Below, piece by piece: positions 9,467 through 19,879 of a stretch of DNA of 64,000 nucleotides; the first letter of the stretch is position 1, and the number at the start of each line of letters is the position of its first letter. Under the pieces are notes generated by a model, which did no database searches, was not told where the DNA came from, and was given only the letters and a program-made list of their open reading frames with translations. Made by a program: the position numbers and the translations under genes. This DNA comes from a virus: positions 32,001 to 96,000 of the IMG/VR virus record IMGVR_UViG_3300016471_001035; one strand, given 5' to 3'.

Positions 9467-9513
9467 AGAATTATTTATTTTGCTCTTGTTATTTTTTTTA
9501 ATACTTTTCATAA

Positions 9514-10185
9514 TTAAGCACTTCTTAGAAACTTAAAAAACGACAAAATTTGCTCTTTGAGATAGGATTGAACGTCCTTTCTAGGAAGATTTTTAATTGA
9601 GTTTTCGAATGCATCAAATATTTCTTCAAGCTCACCCCTAGTATTAAGAATAAATTGCTTGCTCTCAAGAATTCCATTTACAAAAGCCTTTGGACACGAC
9701 GGATCAGCTACACAATCAATAGCTATTAATCTCATATCTGTTACTCTATTAACACCATTATTCTCTTCATTTAACTTACCTAAAGCTCTGCTTGACATAC
9801 CAACCTTTACACCGTCATTGATAAGATTGCGAACTATTTGACCCATGGGGGTCGAGAGAACTTGTGATTTACCAAATACGTGGTTACCTTCGAATTTAAG
9901 ATTTGTTACTAAATGGCATGCTCTTTCGAGATTAACTTCTGCTGATGTAGGATGATTTAACTCTCCCATAGCTCTATTTGTTGTGACCATTTCTTTTACA
10001 TATCTATCGACTTCACGGTGCATATCTTCTTTTTCATAGATGCGTTGATTTTTATTAACTTCATTACAAACCATATACGGGCCTTGAATAAAAAGCTTTG
10101 CAGGTTCTTTAGGGTTTTTTTCCTCTAAAATATATTCAAACTGCTCCTCAGAAGCAGGTGTTTCGACTAAAAGACGAAGCGCCAT
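9514..10185 (-). CDS. gp21: prohead protease gp21
   Basis: NKNQRIY, AMGELNHP, TPMGQIV, GMSSRALG, DCVADPS. Confidence 0.95.
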   Translation of the reverse strand: MALRLLVETPASEEQFEYILEEKNPKEPAKLFIQGPYMVCNEVNKNQRIYEKEDMHREVDRYVKEMVTTNRAMGELNHPTSAEVNLERACHLVTNLKFEGNHVFGKSQVLSTPMGQIVRNLINDGVKVGMSSRALGKLNEENNGVNRVTDMRLIAIDCVADPSCPKAFVNGILESKQFILNTRGELEEIFDAFENSIKNLPRKDVQSYLKEQILSFFKFLRSA

Positions 10186-10186
10186 A

Positions 10187-10648
10187 TTAATATTTATTTA
10201 GACCAAGTTCTTTTTCTGTTAATATTAAGAACTTATAATTCCTTTGGTCGCACCATTTTTTAGCAGCAGCCCACTTAGCCATATTTTGTATATATCTCTT
10301 GTTTTCGTAAATTAAAGTACTATTTTTCTTTTTTCCTGGAACCGGTGCAACTACTTGTGTTGATGGTTTAATTTCTATTATATATTTGTTTATATTATTA
10401 TTTTCTTTAATTGCAATAATACCATCTGTATAGTATCTATGAACTTTGCTATCAAGAGGGTTTAAATACGGGATTACCACAGCTTCGCTTGCCCATTCAA
10501 CTACATTTTCATTTTCATCGCACCATCTAAAAAATCTCAGCTCCCACCCAGATCTATAAACCGGTGGAGTTCTCCCAACATATTTGTTACTATTTCTTGG
10601 ACGAAACAACCCTTGTCTAAATTTATCGTTTTTATTGAGAGGTATCAT
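10187..10648 (-). CDS. gp4: head completion nuclease gp4 (TnsA-like)
   Basis: YRSGWE, WASE, HRYYTD, IEIKP, KWAAA, ILTEKEL. Confidence 0.92.
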   Translation of the reverse strand: MIPLNKNDKFRQGLFRPRNSNKYVGRTPPVYRSGWELRFFRWCDENENVVEWASEAVVIPYLNPLDSKVHRYYTDGIIAIKENNNINKYIIEIKPSTQVVAPVPGKKKNSTLIYENKRYIQNMAKWAAAKKWCDQRNYKFLILTEKELGLNKY

Positions 10649-11724
10649 TATCCAACAAAGAACTGTGGAGGGGCAGCATCACCGAACCCAGGTGCACTTT
10701 CGTATAATTTTTTTTCTAGTTCTTCTTTTTCTCTCAATCCTTGGGAGAGCAAATCATTATAGTTTATAGAACCACCACCAAACATTGTTGTCCCCGTATA
10801 TTTACCTCTAACGTTACCTATAGCTATTTTACTTAAAGCTAAAGCATATTGATAGACCCAAGGCTCTTTAATAATATCTTTAAGTCGTTTTTCTACGTAA
10901 CAGCCAATGATACCATAAAATCTTGATCCTGAACCCGGAGTGCGGGGTTGGGGGTAAAAGGTTAGGTATTGAGTTCTATCGTCGAACGTAAAGTATCTTC
11001 TAATAGCTAAAAGCTTTTCTCTTGTTTCTAGCCAATCTTTAAGCACATACCAGCTTATTAAATCAAACCCATAATTACCCATTGCATAGCTAAAATATGT
11101 TTGTTGAGCTAATGTTTGCTCGATAGTGAATAGCGTGTTAACACCGGTAGAGGAGCCTTCTTCAAAATCAATTATGTCTACTACTTTTCTATAATCCATT
11201 ACATCGTAATCAAAACTATTATTAAATTTTACCTGTGAATTAGAAGATGGTTTAAAATAATCACCTAAAACACCATTAAAATTAATAACTGAAAGATAAT
11301 TTGTTTGTGTTAATATTTGATTTTCAAAAATACCATCTTTATATGTTGATGACAGGGTTGTCGATGTTGTAAAGTAGCTAGAGGGTATAGATGATGTTGC
11401 AACAAAAACGGTTGGTGAAGGTTCAATTGTTTTATTAAAATACGGTGTAATAGTATAAAGCAGATCTAATTTTAAGCCTTTGTTAGATTCATACAAATCA
11501 GAATCAAATACAAGATATTCTTCTGTATACCCTGCAAATTTAGCAAACATTTCACAGGCTATAGAAATATTTTCAAATAGTTGATCATGATGAATTTCTA
11601 AATTCACCATTGGTGCACCTAGTGCTCTAGAAATTCTATCACCTAATCTATTGAATGAATCTATTTTACTGTTAAGATTAGTGCTTTGAAAAGCTGTAAT
11701 TGGTGTTATAGCAGAGCAATCCAT
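10648..11724 (-). CDS. gp13: neck protein gp13-like
   Basis: RALGAPMVNLEI, WVYQYALALSK, GKY..TMFGGGSIN, C-terminal PPQFFVG. Confidence 0.88.
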   Translation of the reverse strand: MDCSAITPITAFQSTNLNSKIDSFNRLGDRISRALGAPMVNLEIHHDQLFENISIACEMFAKFAGYTEEYLVFDSDLYESNKGLKLDLLYTITPYFNKTIEPSPTVFVATSSIPSSYFTTSTTLSSTYKDGIFENQILTQTNYLSVINFNGVLGDYFKPSSNSQVKFNNSFDYDVMDYRKVVDIIDFEEGSSTGVNTLFTIEQTLAQQTYFSYAMGNYGFDLISWYVLKDWLETREKLLAIRRYFTFDDRTQYLTFYPQPRTPGSGSRFYGIIGCYVEKRLKDIIKEPWVYQYALALSKIAIGNVRGKYTGTTMFGGGSINYNDLLSQGLREKEELEKKLYESAPGFGDAAPPQFFVG

Positions 11725-11749
11725 AATAATATTTATGTTATGCTGCTAA

Positions 11750-13552
11750 TTAAGCTGCAGGTGCAGCTCCGGCGGCACCTCCTTGAGCTGGCGTACCGCC
11801 TGCGGTGGCTTCACCGCCCCCGGCGGCAGGGGCTTCAGCAGCACCACCTCCAGCCGCAGCAGGGCCTGGGCCAAACTCCGGAGGAGTTCTAGTAGCAGAA
11901 GCACCACCACCCATACCACCTCCGCCCCCAGCTTCTTGACCGGCTGCTCCTGGTGTTGTCGCGCCAAGCTCTCTCCAATTTGGCCCATTATTAGTAATTT
12001 GATCTAATTCCCATAAAAATTCTCTATCTTTTCTTAAAAATTGTCTATTAGCCATAATATCTACCTCTGACCAGCCAAGATATTTCTTCTGTGCGAACGT
12101 TTTTGAAACTAAATCACTCTGAGTAATGTTATTAAAGTTCTCTGCTTTAAGCTGGAATTTTTGATTTTCTCTTAATTCATAGAAATTAGTAGGTACATTA
12201 AACATTAAATCAATGTCTGTTTCGCGGAGCTTATATTCTTCCCAAATTTTTCTTAATTTAAGATGAGTAATAAATCCATTTTTTAATCCAGCCGCAAAAC
12301 GTTGCTGCTGGCGAATTATAAATCTTGCAAATTTAAGCTCTTCTCTAAGAATATCTGCACCATCTTTAAATACGTCTTCAACATTTAATCGGGTAACTGG
12401 AACTTTTAAAGACTTATAAAGCTTTTGTACAAAGTACATAAGGTCGGTTAGCTCGCCCAAATTTTGACCTCCAGGTAATTGAACCACTTCAGTACCGGTA
12501 GAGCCGGTGCGCTTTGCAAACCAAAAACTATCTAACATACTTTGAGGATTAAATTTTTGTACAGAAGCACCTTGGTCTGCATCATAAGTTCTTCGTGACC
12601 AATAATTTTGCATTAGCTTACGGAGGTATGCTTCTGCTTTAGGAGGAGCCATATTACCAACATCAACATTGAATACAAGTCTTTCTGGGGCTCTTACAAG
12701 CCTATAAATAACAATTGCATCTTCTATTAGAGATAGTTGTCTGTAAGCTCTACGAGCGTTTTCAATAAAAGGTAATCTGACTGTTTTTGTTTCATTCCAA
12801 ATACCAGAGTTAATATAAGTAACTTGATTTATATCCATCGGAACTAATTCAACCTTAGCAATTTTTCCAGGATTCTTAGCATCATAAATATTTTTTCTTA
12901 AAAGATAACCTCTTACAATTTGATTTTGTACATTTTCAAAAACAGGGTCTATAACATCTGAAGGAACAGTTACCACACCTAAAATACCTTCTTCAGGATA
13001 TTTTTTATGAATAATATGTTCCCAATATAGCTCAGCATCAACTAATAATTGTCTAAGATATTCCCACCCTTTGTTTTCTAAATCAAAAAAGCCAATATAT
13101 TTTTGAAATTCTTTTTTTAATTTCTCTTTTTGATCTTCTGATATTGTAGCGGTTTTAAAAAATATTTTTACTATATCACCATTATCATCTTTATTAATAA
13201 ATTCATCGCAAATCTCATCCAACGCATCAGCTACTTCAGCAAACGCAGCCATTACTCTATAGTCCATTAACCTACGGCCTTTATCAGGCTGAAGATTAGC
13301 GTACATAAAGTTGTGGTAATCTTTATTTTGCACTACATTAGCATAAAGATCATCAGTAAAGCTTAAAGATGAAGAAACCGACTGACGAGCAAGGGCCTCT
13401 TCTCTTTGTGTTCCTTTATTAAAGAATTCAGCGTACTTAGGATTAAGCTTGTTTATTTGATCTTCAATACCAAGAGACTGGTAAGGCAGTTTTGAAGATA
13501 TAAACTTTACCAGCTCTCTTCCGAACGTACTCTCTCTATTTGGGTCTGCCAT
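11750..13552 (-). CDS. gp20: portal protein gp20 with G/A/P-rich C-terminal tail
   Basis: IEDAIVIYRLVRAPERLVFNVDVGNM, LPGGQNLGE, ILREELKF. Confidence 0.96.
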   Translation of the reverse strand: MADPNRESTFGRELVKFISSKLPYQSLGIEDQINKLNPKYAEFFNKGTQREEALARQSVSSSLSFTDDLYANVVQNKDYHNFMYANLQPDKGRRLMDYRVMAAFAEVADALDEICDEFINKDDNGDIVKIFFKTATISEDQKEKLKKEFQKYIGFFDLENKGWEYLRQLLVDAELYWEHIIHKKYPEEGILGVVTVPSDVIDPVFENVQNQIVRGYLLRKNIYDAKNPGKIAKVELVPMDINQVTYINSGIWNETKTVRLPFIENARRAYRQLSLIEDAIVIYRLVRAPERLVFNVDVGNMAPPKAEAYLRKLMQNYWSRRTYDADQGASVQKFNPQSMLDSFWFAKRTGSTGTEVVQLPGGQNLGELTDLMYFVQKLYKSLKVPVTRLNVEDVFKDGADILREELKFARFIIRQQQRFAAGLKNGFITHLKLRKIWEEYKLRETDIDLMFNVPTNFYELRENQKFQLKAENFNNITQSDLVSKTFAQKKYLGWSEVDIMANRQFLRKDREFLWELDQITNNGPNWRELGATTPGAAGQEAGGGGGMGGGASATRTPPEFGPGPAAAGGGAAEAPAAGGGEATAGGTPAQGGAAGAAPAA

Positions 13553-13566
13553 AAATTAATAATTAT

Positions 13567-14379
13567 TTACAAATCACTATTAGTATAATCTACATTAGTT
13601 ATTTGAGGATTGCCTGAAAGTGATATTGTCTCTATTTCTGTAATTAACCCAGTACTGACAGGCCAAGAGTACGTGTTGTCAGAAAGTGAATCGTAAGTTG
13701 TTATTAACGAAGATGCAATAAAGTTTGCATCTATATAATAGATATTACCAGCAGGGTTTTGAACATATGGAAATAACCATCCCTTAATAACAAAGCTAGT
13801 ATCTCCTACTATTCTGTATTTTTCAGTCGCCCCTATATCAGTTGGATAGCTTAGCGCGATATTGCCATCCCATAATACTTCGCTCCTTATTTCTTGTAAA
13901 GGCGAAAATGGGCCAGAAGCGAGATCTTCAGGAATTTTCCATGAAATAATTATATATGGGTTAGTATAAGGTACAAAATTAGAAATAATTTGATCCATGT
14001 CTGTTTGAAATTTTGTTAAAATAGACATAGATACATTGATGTTAACGGGAACAGGAGTTCTATAAAAATCTGAATAAAGTCTATAATTATTTTCCTTACC
14101 CCCTCTTGTTATATAAAATCCTGCGTTTTTATTAAAAACTCTTGTCTCGTCTCTGCCTACACCCGTTATGTTAACGGCTACGCAAGGTACTGTTAAGTTC
14201 TGCGCTTTATTAACCAAATCATATATGACCCTTTGTTTTGGGGCATAAACATACCTAACTTGTACTCTATTTTGCGGTACTCTATTTTTATCATATCTTT
14301 TAATAATAATATTATCAAACGCTGCTACAAATTGCGTTAGAACATCTTTTATTTCAAAGTGAAACGTTTGATTCTTCAC
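13567..14379 (-). CDS. gp15: tail terminator/sheath stabiliser gp15-like
   Basis: FVAAFDNIII, YAPKQR, PVPVNI, DMDQII, KGWLF; GTG start at 14379 follows TAAATA-N5. Confidence 0.8.
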   Translation of the reverse strand: MKNQTFHFEIKDVLTQFVAAFDNIIIKRYDKNRVPQNRVQVRYVYAPKQRVIYDLVNKAQNLTVPCVAVNITGVGRDETRVFNKNAGFYITRGGKENNYRLYSDFYRTPVPVNINVSMSILTKFQTDMDQIISNFVPYTNPYIIISWKIPEDLASGPFSPLQEIRSEVLWDGNIALSYPTDIGATEKYRIVGDTSFVIKGWLFPYVQNPAGNIYYIDANFIASSLITTYDSLSDNTYSWPVSTGLITEIETISLSGNPQITNVDYTNSDL

Positions 14380-14390
14380 TATATTATTTA

Positions 14391-16019
14391 TTAGCAAATA
14401 CGCTCAATAAAAGATTTTGGAAGCTTATCTTTTGTTCTCTTTAAAACGCTAACTACATTGCCATCAAGAATGTAGGTTGTAGAAAAGTCATTCTTACTTC
14501 TAGTTGCTCTACCGCATGCTTGTACTAAAGCATTTAACATTTTATTTTCATACCAATTTTTATCATTCTCAAACATTTTTTTAACCCGCTTATTAGATAA
14601 AGATGGGTAAGGAAGCTTTACAATAACTTGAAATCTTGCTAGGTGATCTTTTAAATCAACACCGAATGCAAGAGAAGGTGATACTAAGACACTTGGTGCA
14701 TCGGTATCATAATGCTCTTTTAATATATCTTCATTATTGAATAATTCGTCTCTAAATAAAAACCTACTATCTGATAGTTTATTTTTTAAAAATTTTGTAA
14801 TTTCGTTTGAATGGGTATGAATAATTCCCTTTTCAGTTTTATGATGTTCAGCAATAGTTTTTATTTGTTCACAAATATAAGGCAGCACATTAGTTTGGTT
14901 TTTATAGTTTAACTTATTTTTTGATGAGACGTAGATGGGTGACTTTTGTGGGTCGAAATCGCTATCTACTTCAACATATTCATAATCTTTAATACCTAAA
15001 GTCTTTGCAAAGTTTTTATGATCAATAATCGTTGCAGACATCAATAATACGTTATCTGCGTAATCAAAAATAAATTTTGTTAATTTTTCAGCTTTAAGAG
15101 GTGTAAGGATTACTTTTTTAGAGTCTTTATCAGTTACATACTCCACATCTCTCCACAAACCATCAACAGACGTTAGTGAGTTGTGCATTGTCTTAAGATA
15201 CTGCATCTTTATCTTTTCAGGCTGTGATAACGTTCTATGTTTTTTATTTGCTCTGTTTATTAGAGTGTTTATTTGCTCGCTTATATTAAACAATAATTCA
15301 TACATCCATGCACGAATTTTCGTACGATCCTCCGTTAGTAATGTCTTACACTCTACCCCGTAATTACGGAGTTTATCGTATGTAATTTCTGCAGAAAATC
15401 TTTTAATCAGTTCATCTTCTAATTCTGACGCCTCGTCACAAATGATAAAATTCTTACGCTTGACATGGCTTGGTAACGACATAAACATCTTATAATTTAA
15501 AACTGCAAATTTTGAAAGCAGTGATTTGTTACGCGCATTATAGTATGGACATCTATTTTTCTCCCAACAATCATCTTTTATTTTTGAAACTAAAACACAA
15601 GGAGCCGTTTCAACATCAAAATTATTGTCTATGTCGCACAAATAATTTGTTTTGCCTTTAAGAATATCTGTGTCTGGAAAGAGATTTAAGTATTGATCTT
15701 GTAATGATTTTGTTATAGTTAGAGCAAAGGTACCAAACGGCGGCTGTGATAAACAATCAACTTCATTTATATAGTTGCCAGCGAAATCTTGCTTATAAGC
15801 AGCATACGTATCAATATTATGTTTAAATCGTTCAGTAGGCCCAGAGCTTAAACCAGATAGTGTTTTTGCAAGAAAACTTTTACCGGTACCGGTAGGCGCG
15901 CAGCAAATAACAAATTTCTTTCCATTATTAAATGCTCTCTCGACACCCTTTATAAGTTTAACTTGCTGATTACTAGGATTATATTCTTTTGGAAAATGCG
16001 ATAAATATCTACTAAACAC
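14391..16019 (-). CDS. DinG/Rad3-like SF2 helicase
   Basis: APTGTGKS, ICDEA, MSAT, GVDL, QACGRATR; Cys cluster (C..APC..C..CPYY); leaderless-type promoter upstream of GTG. Confidence 0.9.
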   Translation of the reverse strand: MFSRYLSHFPKEYNPSNQQVKLIKGVERAFNNGKKFVICCAPTGTGKSFLAKTLSGLSSGPTERFKHNIDTYAAYKQDFAGNYINEVDCLSQPPFGTFALTITKSLQDQYLNLFPDTDILKGKTNYLCDIDNNFDVETAPCVLVSKIKDDCWEKNRCPYYNARNKSLLSKFAVLNYKMFMSLPSHVKRKNFIICDEASELEDELIKRFSAEITYDKLRNYGVECKTLLTEDRTKIRAWMYELLFNISEQINTLINRANKKHRTLSQPEKIKMQYLKTMHNSLTSVDGLWRDVEYVTDKDSKKVILTPLKAEKLTKFIFDYADNVLLMSATIIDHKNFAKTLGIKDYEYVEVDSDFDPQKSPIYVSSKNKLNYKNQTNVLPYICEQIKTIAEHHKTEKGIIHTHSNEITKFLKNKLSDSRFLFRDELFNNEDILKEHYDTDAPSVLVSPSLAFGVDLKDHLARFQVIVKLPYPSLSNKRVKKMFENDKNWYENKMLNALVQACGRATRSKNDFSTTYILDGNVVSVLKRTKDKLPKSFIERIC

Positions 16020-16048
16020 AGCTATATTATAATATCTTTTTTGTAAAT

Positions 16049-16396
16049 TTAAAGCGGTGTCAGTGTTATTTTTTTATTAAAAATTTTGGCCGGTTTTTTA
16101 AGCGCTAATTTGTTTATTGGTTTGCTCAATTCGTTGTTTAATTTACAAAATGTGTTTATTGTGTAGTCAAAAATCAGTTTGTCGTTGTTTATATGTAAGT
16201 CAAACGGGTAAGGTATTTCATAAACTATTTTTTTATTTTTCTTTTCTTCACAGAGAAGAGTAAAAACGCAAAAAAAGTCTTTTATACAAAACAAAATTAG
16301 CTTACCTTTCTTTAAAATTTTTGCTTCAATAGAAAAAGTAATCGTTTTTTGAAGATGAGCACTTATAGCCTTTTCTATCTCTAATGGTGATGTCAT
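16049..16396 (-). CDS. hypothetical protein
   Basis: 115-aa ORF ATGA-coupled to upstream gene. Confidence 0.7.
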   Translation of the reverse strand: MTSPLEIEKAISAHLQKTITFSIEAKILKKGKLILFCIKDFFCVFTLLCEEKKNKKIVYEIPYPFDLHINNDKLIFDYTINTFCKLNNELSKPINKLALKKPAKIFNKKITLTPL

Positions 16397-16767
16397 GAAT
16401 TCATAAACCTCGTTTTTTCATTAGCTGACATAAGAGCTAAACGTTGATTAAAAAAATTCCAAAACTGCTTTACAGGAATTACGCTTATTAAATCACACGC
16501 AGCCATATTAATACACCTGTAATCTTGCATTAATATATCCCAAGTAATTAAAACGTTTTTTGCCTCAGGATTAAATTTAGGTCTATTAATAGCTCTCTTG
16601 TAATTTAATGCTATTCTCCCTTCCGGGCTATTTAGCAGCGGTAAAGAGTTTGTACATAGCATTCGTCTGGTAGGAGGCAGCCCAGGCTTGGGTCTTTTCC
16701 TAATAAACTTAATTTCCGCCACGTTGTTTAGAAGAAGATTTTTTAATGTGGCTAGCGACGCTTTCAT
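16393..16767 (-). CDS. WYL-like/Sm-fold (DUF2693-like) protein
   Basis: VAEIKF.RK...RRMLCT...WDILMQDYRCI pattern. Confidence 0.6.
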   Translation of the reverse strand: MKASLATLKNLLLNNVAEIKFIRKRPKPGLPPTRRMLCTNSLPLLNSPEGRIALNYKRAINRPKFNPEAKNVLITWDILMQDYRCINMAACDLISVIPVKQFWNFFNQRLALMSANEKTRFMNS

Positions 16768-17170
16768 TATCTTTTCTTAATGAGCAAATACCAAAAATAC
16801 GCTGCTCATTTAAAAATAATCCCTTTTTAAGTGTTCCATAACCATCTATATCTAAATTTGCTACCGGCACGCCTAAATTATTTGGAAAGCAAACATAATC
16901 GCCTTTTTTAACATGCTTAGCTGTTGGTCCGCATAAAATTACCTCTCCTATTCTCCAAGCACGTGTATCTGCATTAATAGGTACTACTATACCATTTCTT
17001 ACTATAGAAGAGCCATCCTCCGTTTCATCAACATACTTTACTAACAAAACATCATCTAATACTGTTTTTAAATTATAACCAAAAAAAACAGAATTAAATG
17101 AGTTTTTTGGTAGTTCTGATAAATCAATTAAGCTTTTTTGTGTCGGCAGAGTATCTATATCTAGAGGCAT
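16709..17170 (-). CDS. GroES/Cpn10-like co-chaperonin
   Basis: DDVLLVK...NGIVVP...GEVILCGP...VKKGDYVCF...LNEQRIFGI. Confidence 0.8.
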   Translation of the reverse strand: MPLDIDTLPTQKSLIDLSELPKNSFNSVFFGYNLKTVLDDVLLVKYVDETEDGSSIVRNGIVVPINADTRAWRIGEVILCGPTAKHVKKGDYVCFPNNLGVPVANLDIDGYGTLKKGLFLNEQRIFGICSLRKDNESVASHIKKSSSKQRGGN

Positions 17171-17182
17171 GTAGTAATTTAA

Positions 17183-17551
17183 TTACCTGTTTAACGTTTT
17201 CAATGTCTCTATATTCTCTAATATTTCACGCTTAGATATTTCTTTAGATTTTGCTAGAAGATCAATGTTTGATTCATTCTCCTTTTCATCTACTTTTTTG
17301 CGTTTGAAATATGTTATTTTTTTATTTGGCACTTTCGGAAAAACAGCTACAAATAAATTATAAAGATCTTTTTTTGATTCAAAAACCGATAGGTATTTGT
17401 TTATTGTGTTACATGCTTGAATTAAAGAGGGTGAGTACATACTTGCCCATCTATTAACTAGATAAGGAGAGAACTCAGATTCCTCCTCTACAGTATTAAG
17501 AGTCTTTTTTTTTGTGTATAAAATACTGCCTATAAAATCAAATATTGTCAT
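17183..17551 (-). CDS. gp62: clamp loader small subunit gp62-like
   Basis: IFDFIGSILYTKK, FSPYLVNRWASM, ISKRE motifs. Confidence 0.75.
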   Translation of the reverse strand: MTIFDFIGSILYTKKKTLNTVEEESEFSPYLVNRWASMYSPSLIQACNTINKYLSVFESKKDLYNLFVAVFPKVPNKKITYFKRKKVDEKENESNIDLLAKSKEISKREILENIETLKTLNR

Positions 17552-18138
17552 TTACAAATTACTTTTGATGTAGCAATAAAAATATTATCATTCATTGCAT
17601 AGAATAAATTAATTACATCCTTCATAAATTCTTCTGCATCCTTATCAGAGAGATTTGTAGAATATGCAAAAGCAGGAGCTTTTTTACCTGCGATGATATT
17701 AATACCGGTATGGCCTAAAGCAATACCGTTATTCGTATATGTAATGCTAACAGAACATTTACCTTTTGTTTGAGTAATACCCCCCTGATTATGTTCCTTA
17801 TGAACAATGAGATCATCGCCATCAACCTCAATAGGAGACTTTAAATATTTTGAACTTAAAATATTGGCAATTTGTGTATTAAAAAGCCTTTGCCAGGCTA
17901 CTGCTCCAAATGGATCAAGATAAGGTATTTCCCAGCAAAAATTAATTGCATCCTCGCTATATATAAAGTCGTTGTTTATAATATCTTCACTGTCTATCAT
18001 GCCTGCTGCCTCCACTTTCATAGGGGCGCGAAAAGCAACAATATTGCCAATAGGAAGTGTTCTTTCTTTAAAAAATTTGTATGCAAAGCGTGAATGAATT
18101 AGATCGCCGTCATAAACTTTAATATCTTTTAAAATCAT
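17548..18138 (-). CDS. DUF366-like protein (BPL/LplA ligase-like fold)
   Basis: YDG, IVAFRAPM, AVAWQRL, DGDDL, GKCSVSI, HTGINI. Confidence 0.7.
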   Translation of the reverse strand: MILKDIKVYDGDLIHSRFAYKFFKERTLPIGNIVAFRAPMKVEAAGMIDSEDIINNDFIYSEDAINFCWEIPYLDPFGAVAWQRLFNTQIANILSSKYLKSPIEVDGDDLIVHKEHNQGGITQTKGKCSVSITYTNNGIALGHTGINIIAGKKAPAFAYSTNLSDKDAEEFMKDVINLFYAMNDNIFIATSKVICK

Positions 18139-18156
18139 TAAGTAATTATATATTAA

Positions 18157-19041
18157 CTAAATATTAGTTCCAGAGATTATTCTAAGCAAATATTTACATC
18201 TCTCATCATACGTATGCTTACTCAAAGCTGTTTTATGCCCGTGCTCCTCAATTTCTTTTCGTTTGACGGGGTTGTCTAAATAATATTTTATTTTTTCTTT
18301 TAATTCCGGAATGCTATCCCACGTAACCAAGTCTTTATCTATCTCAAATAATTTTTCTAAGCCTGGTGTGTTGCTGGTAATTAAAAATGTCTTACATCCT
18401 AATGTTTCGAAATTTCTATAGTTAATATCTTTGTTTACATCGCTCCAACTTCTATTAAAATGAATTTTATATGAATTTATAGCCTTGACCATATCATTAC
18501 CCAAAACAAAACTATCTATTTTTGGATTAAATTCTTTAAGGTGATTTGTTAATATGTCTACTCTTTCTGGATGCATATTACCGCAAAACCCTAAATCGTA
18601 TTTTTTCTCAACATTATCTATCGGCTGAATAAGGTCTTTTGGATATGCGTTTGGAAACCAATATAAATATTTCGAAAATTCATTAAAATAAGGAAGATAA
18701 AATTCTGTAGAATTTAAATGAATATGAGGCTTAATAGATTTGTTTAGTCCAATATGGTGTGGTAAAGTGCAGTGACTGTCTATACTCCAATATATTTTAA
18801 TTTTTTTACTGTTTAATATTTTTTCTACTGGCAACCAATTAAATGAATAGTTTTCTAGAACAAAAATGACATCGGCCCATTTTTCTAATTCATCGAACTC
18901 ATCAAATAAAGGATAATTTAATCCCCACACTTCTGCAGAATGACCGTCAATTCTGTTCATTGCATTTTTTAGACAAAGATTTTCTCTAAATAACCTATTT
19001 TCGCCATGCGCACCAGCTTCTTGAATAAACAAAAAATTCAT
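18157..19041 (-). CDS. GT-B glycosyltransferase (CgeB/Glyco_trans_1_2-like)
   Basis: LGFCGN, YKIHFN, INYRNFETLGC, HTYDER. Confidence 0.85.
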   Translation of the reverse strand: MNFLFIQEAGAHGENRLFRENLCLKNAMNRIDGHSAEVWGLNYPLFDEFDELEKWADVIFVLENYSFNWLPVEKILNSKKIKIYWSIDSHCTLPHHIGLNKSIKPHIHLNSTEFYLPYFNEFSKYLYWFPNAYPKDLIQPIDNVEKKYDLGFCGNMHPERVDILTNHLKEFNPKIDSFVLGNDMVKAINSYKIHFNRSWSDVNKDINYRNFETLGCKTFLITSNTPGLEKLFEIDKDLVTWDSIPELKEKIKYYLDNPVKRKEIEEHGHKTALSKHTYDERCKYLLRIISGTNI

Positions 19042-19077
19042 TTAGAAACTATTTATTGTGTTTAAATTATTTTCAAC

Positions 19078-19878
19078 TTATGCTAACCAATAGCTTTTAG
19101 TATCATCATAGTCATTGAAATTTCTAAGATATTGGTATACACCGTTATTATTTCCACGGTAGTAGACCGCCCAAATACCACAATTACCTGAATGTGTTAA
19201 AATAGAATTTGTTTTGCTAATAATATTACTTACAGCTAAAATATTAATACCCAATTCTTCGCGTTGACTTGGATCAATACAGTGATGAATAACTTTACTT
19301 CTATCATCATTTACTGTAGGTAATTCCTCAAAATAAAAGGAATTTTTAAATGTTGAAGAAAAAATGTCTCGAAATTCACGAGTATCAGTTTGTATAAAGA
19401 ACTTTTTATCCTTTATGGTATCTGCTTTTCTTAAAAAATCTTCATAGCTTCCTATACGCGTTTCTCTTATTTTATCTAACCCACGGTAGTAGATTGATAC
19501 AGTATTTTCAAAGTCTATCTTGTATGTATCATTAAAAAAAGCTATCTTTTCCATAACTCTATCACTAGGAGAAAAATATTTTTTTATAAAAGGTGCTACG
19601 CCCTCAAAATCTAAAGTTTTATAGTCATGTACTTGATACTCATGACAAGCTCGTACGTCACGCACATAAGGTATGTCACCATCAAGAGTTTTAAAAAAAA
19701 TAGAGGTAACATCTGTATGTGTAGTCTTATACCCCCAAAACTGTGATGTAGCGTCTATACTTTTAGGTAAGCGCTTGTACGTATTAAAGAAGCTAACAAT
19801 GTTATCTAGCTTTACGGAGCAGCAAGAAAAAAAGCCCGCATCATGCTCTATTATTAAGTTATCTTCTACAACTTGCAT
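19078..19878 (-). CDS. NodZ/GT23-like fucosyltransferase-fold protein
   Basis: AGFFSCC, SIYYRGLDK (HxRxxDK-like), FIQTD, SGN. Confidence 0.6.
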   Translation of the reverse strand: MQVVEDNLIIEHDAGFFSCCSVKLDNIVSFFNTYKRLPKSIDATSQFWGYKTTHTDVTSIFFKTLDGDIPYVRDVRACHEYQVHDYKTLDFEGVAPFIKKYFSPSDRVMEKIAFFNDTYKIDFENTVSIYYRGLDKIRETRIGSYEDFLRKADTIKDKKFFIQTDTREFRDIFSSTFKNSFYFEELPTVNDDRSKVIHHCIDPSQREELGINILAVSNIISKTNSILTHSGNCGIWAVYYRGNNNGVYQYLRNFNDYDDTKSYWLA

Positions 19879-19879
19879 T

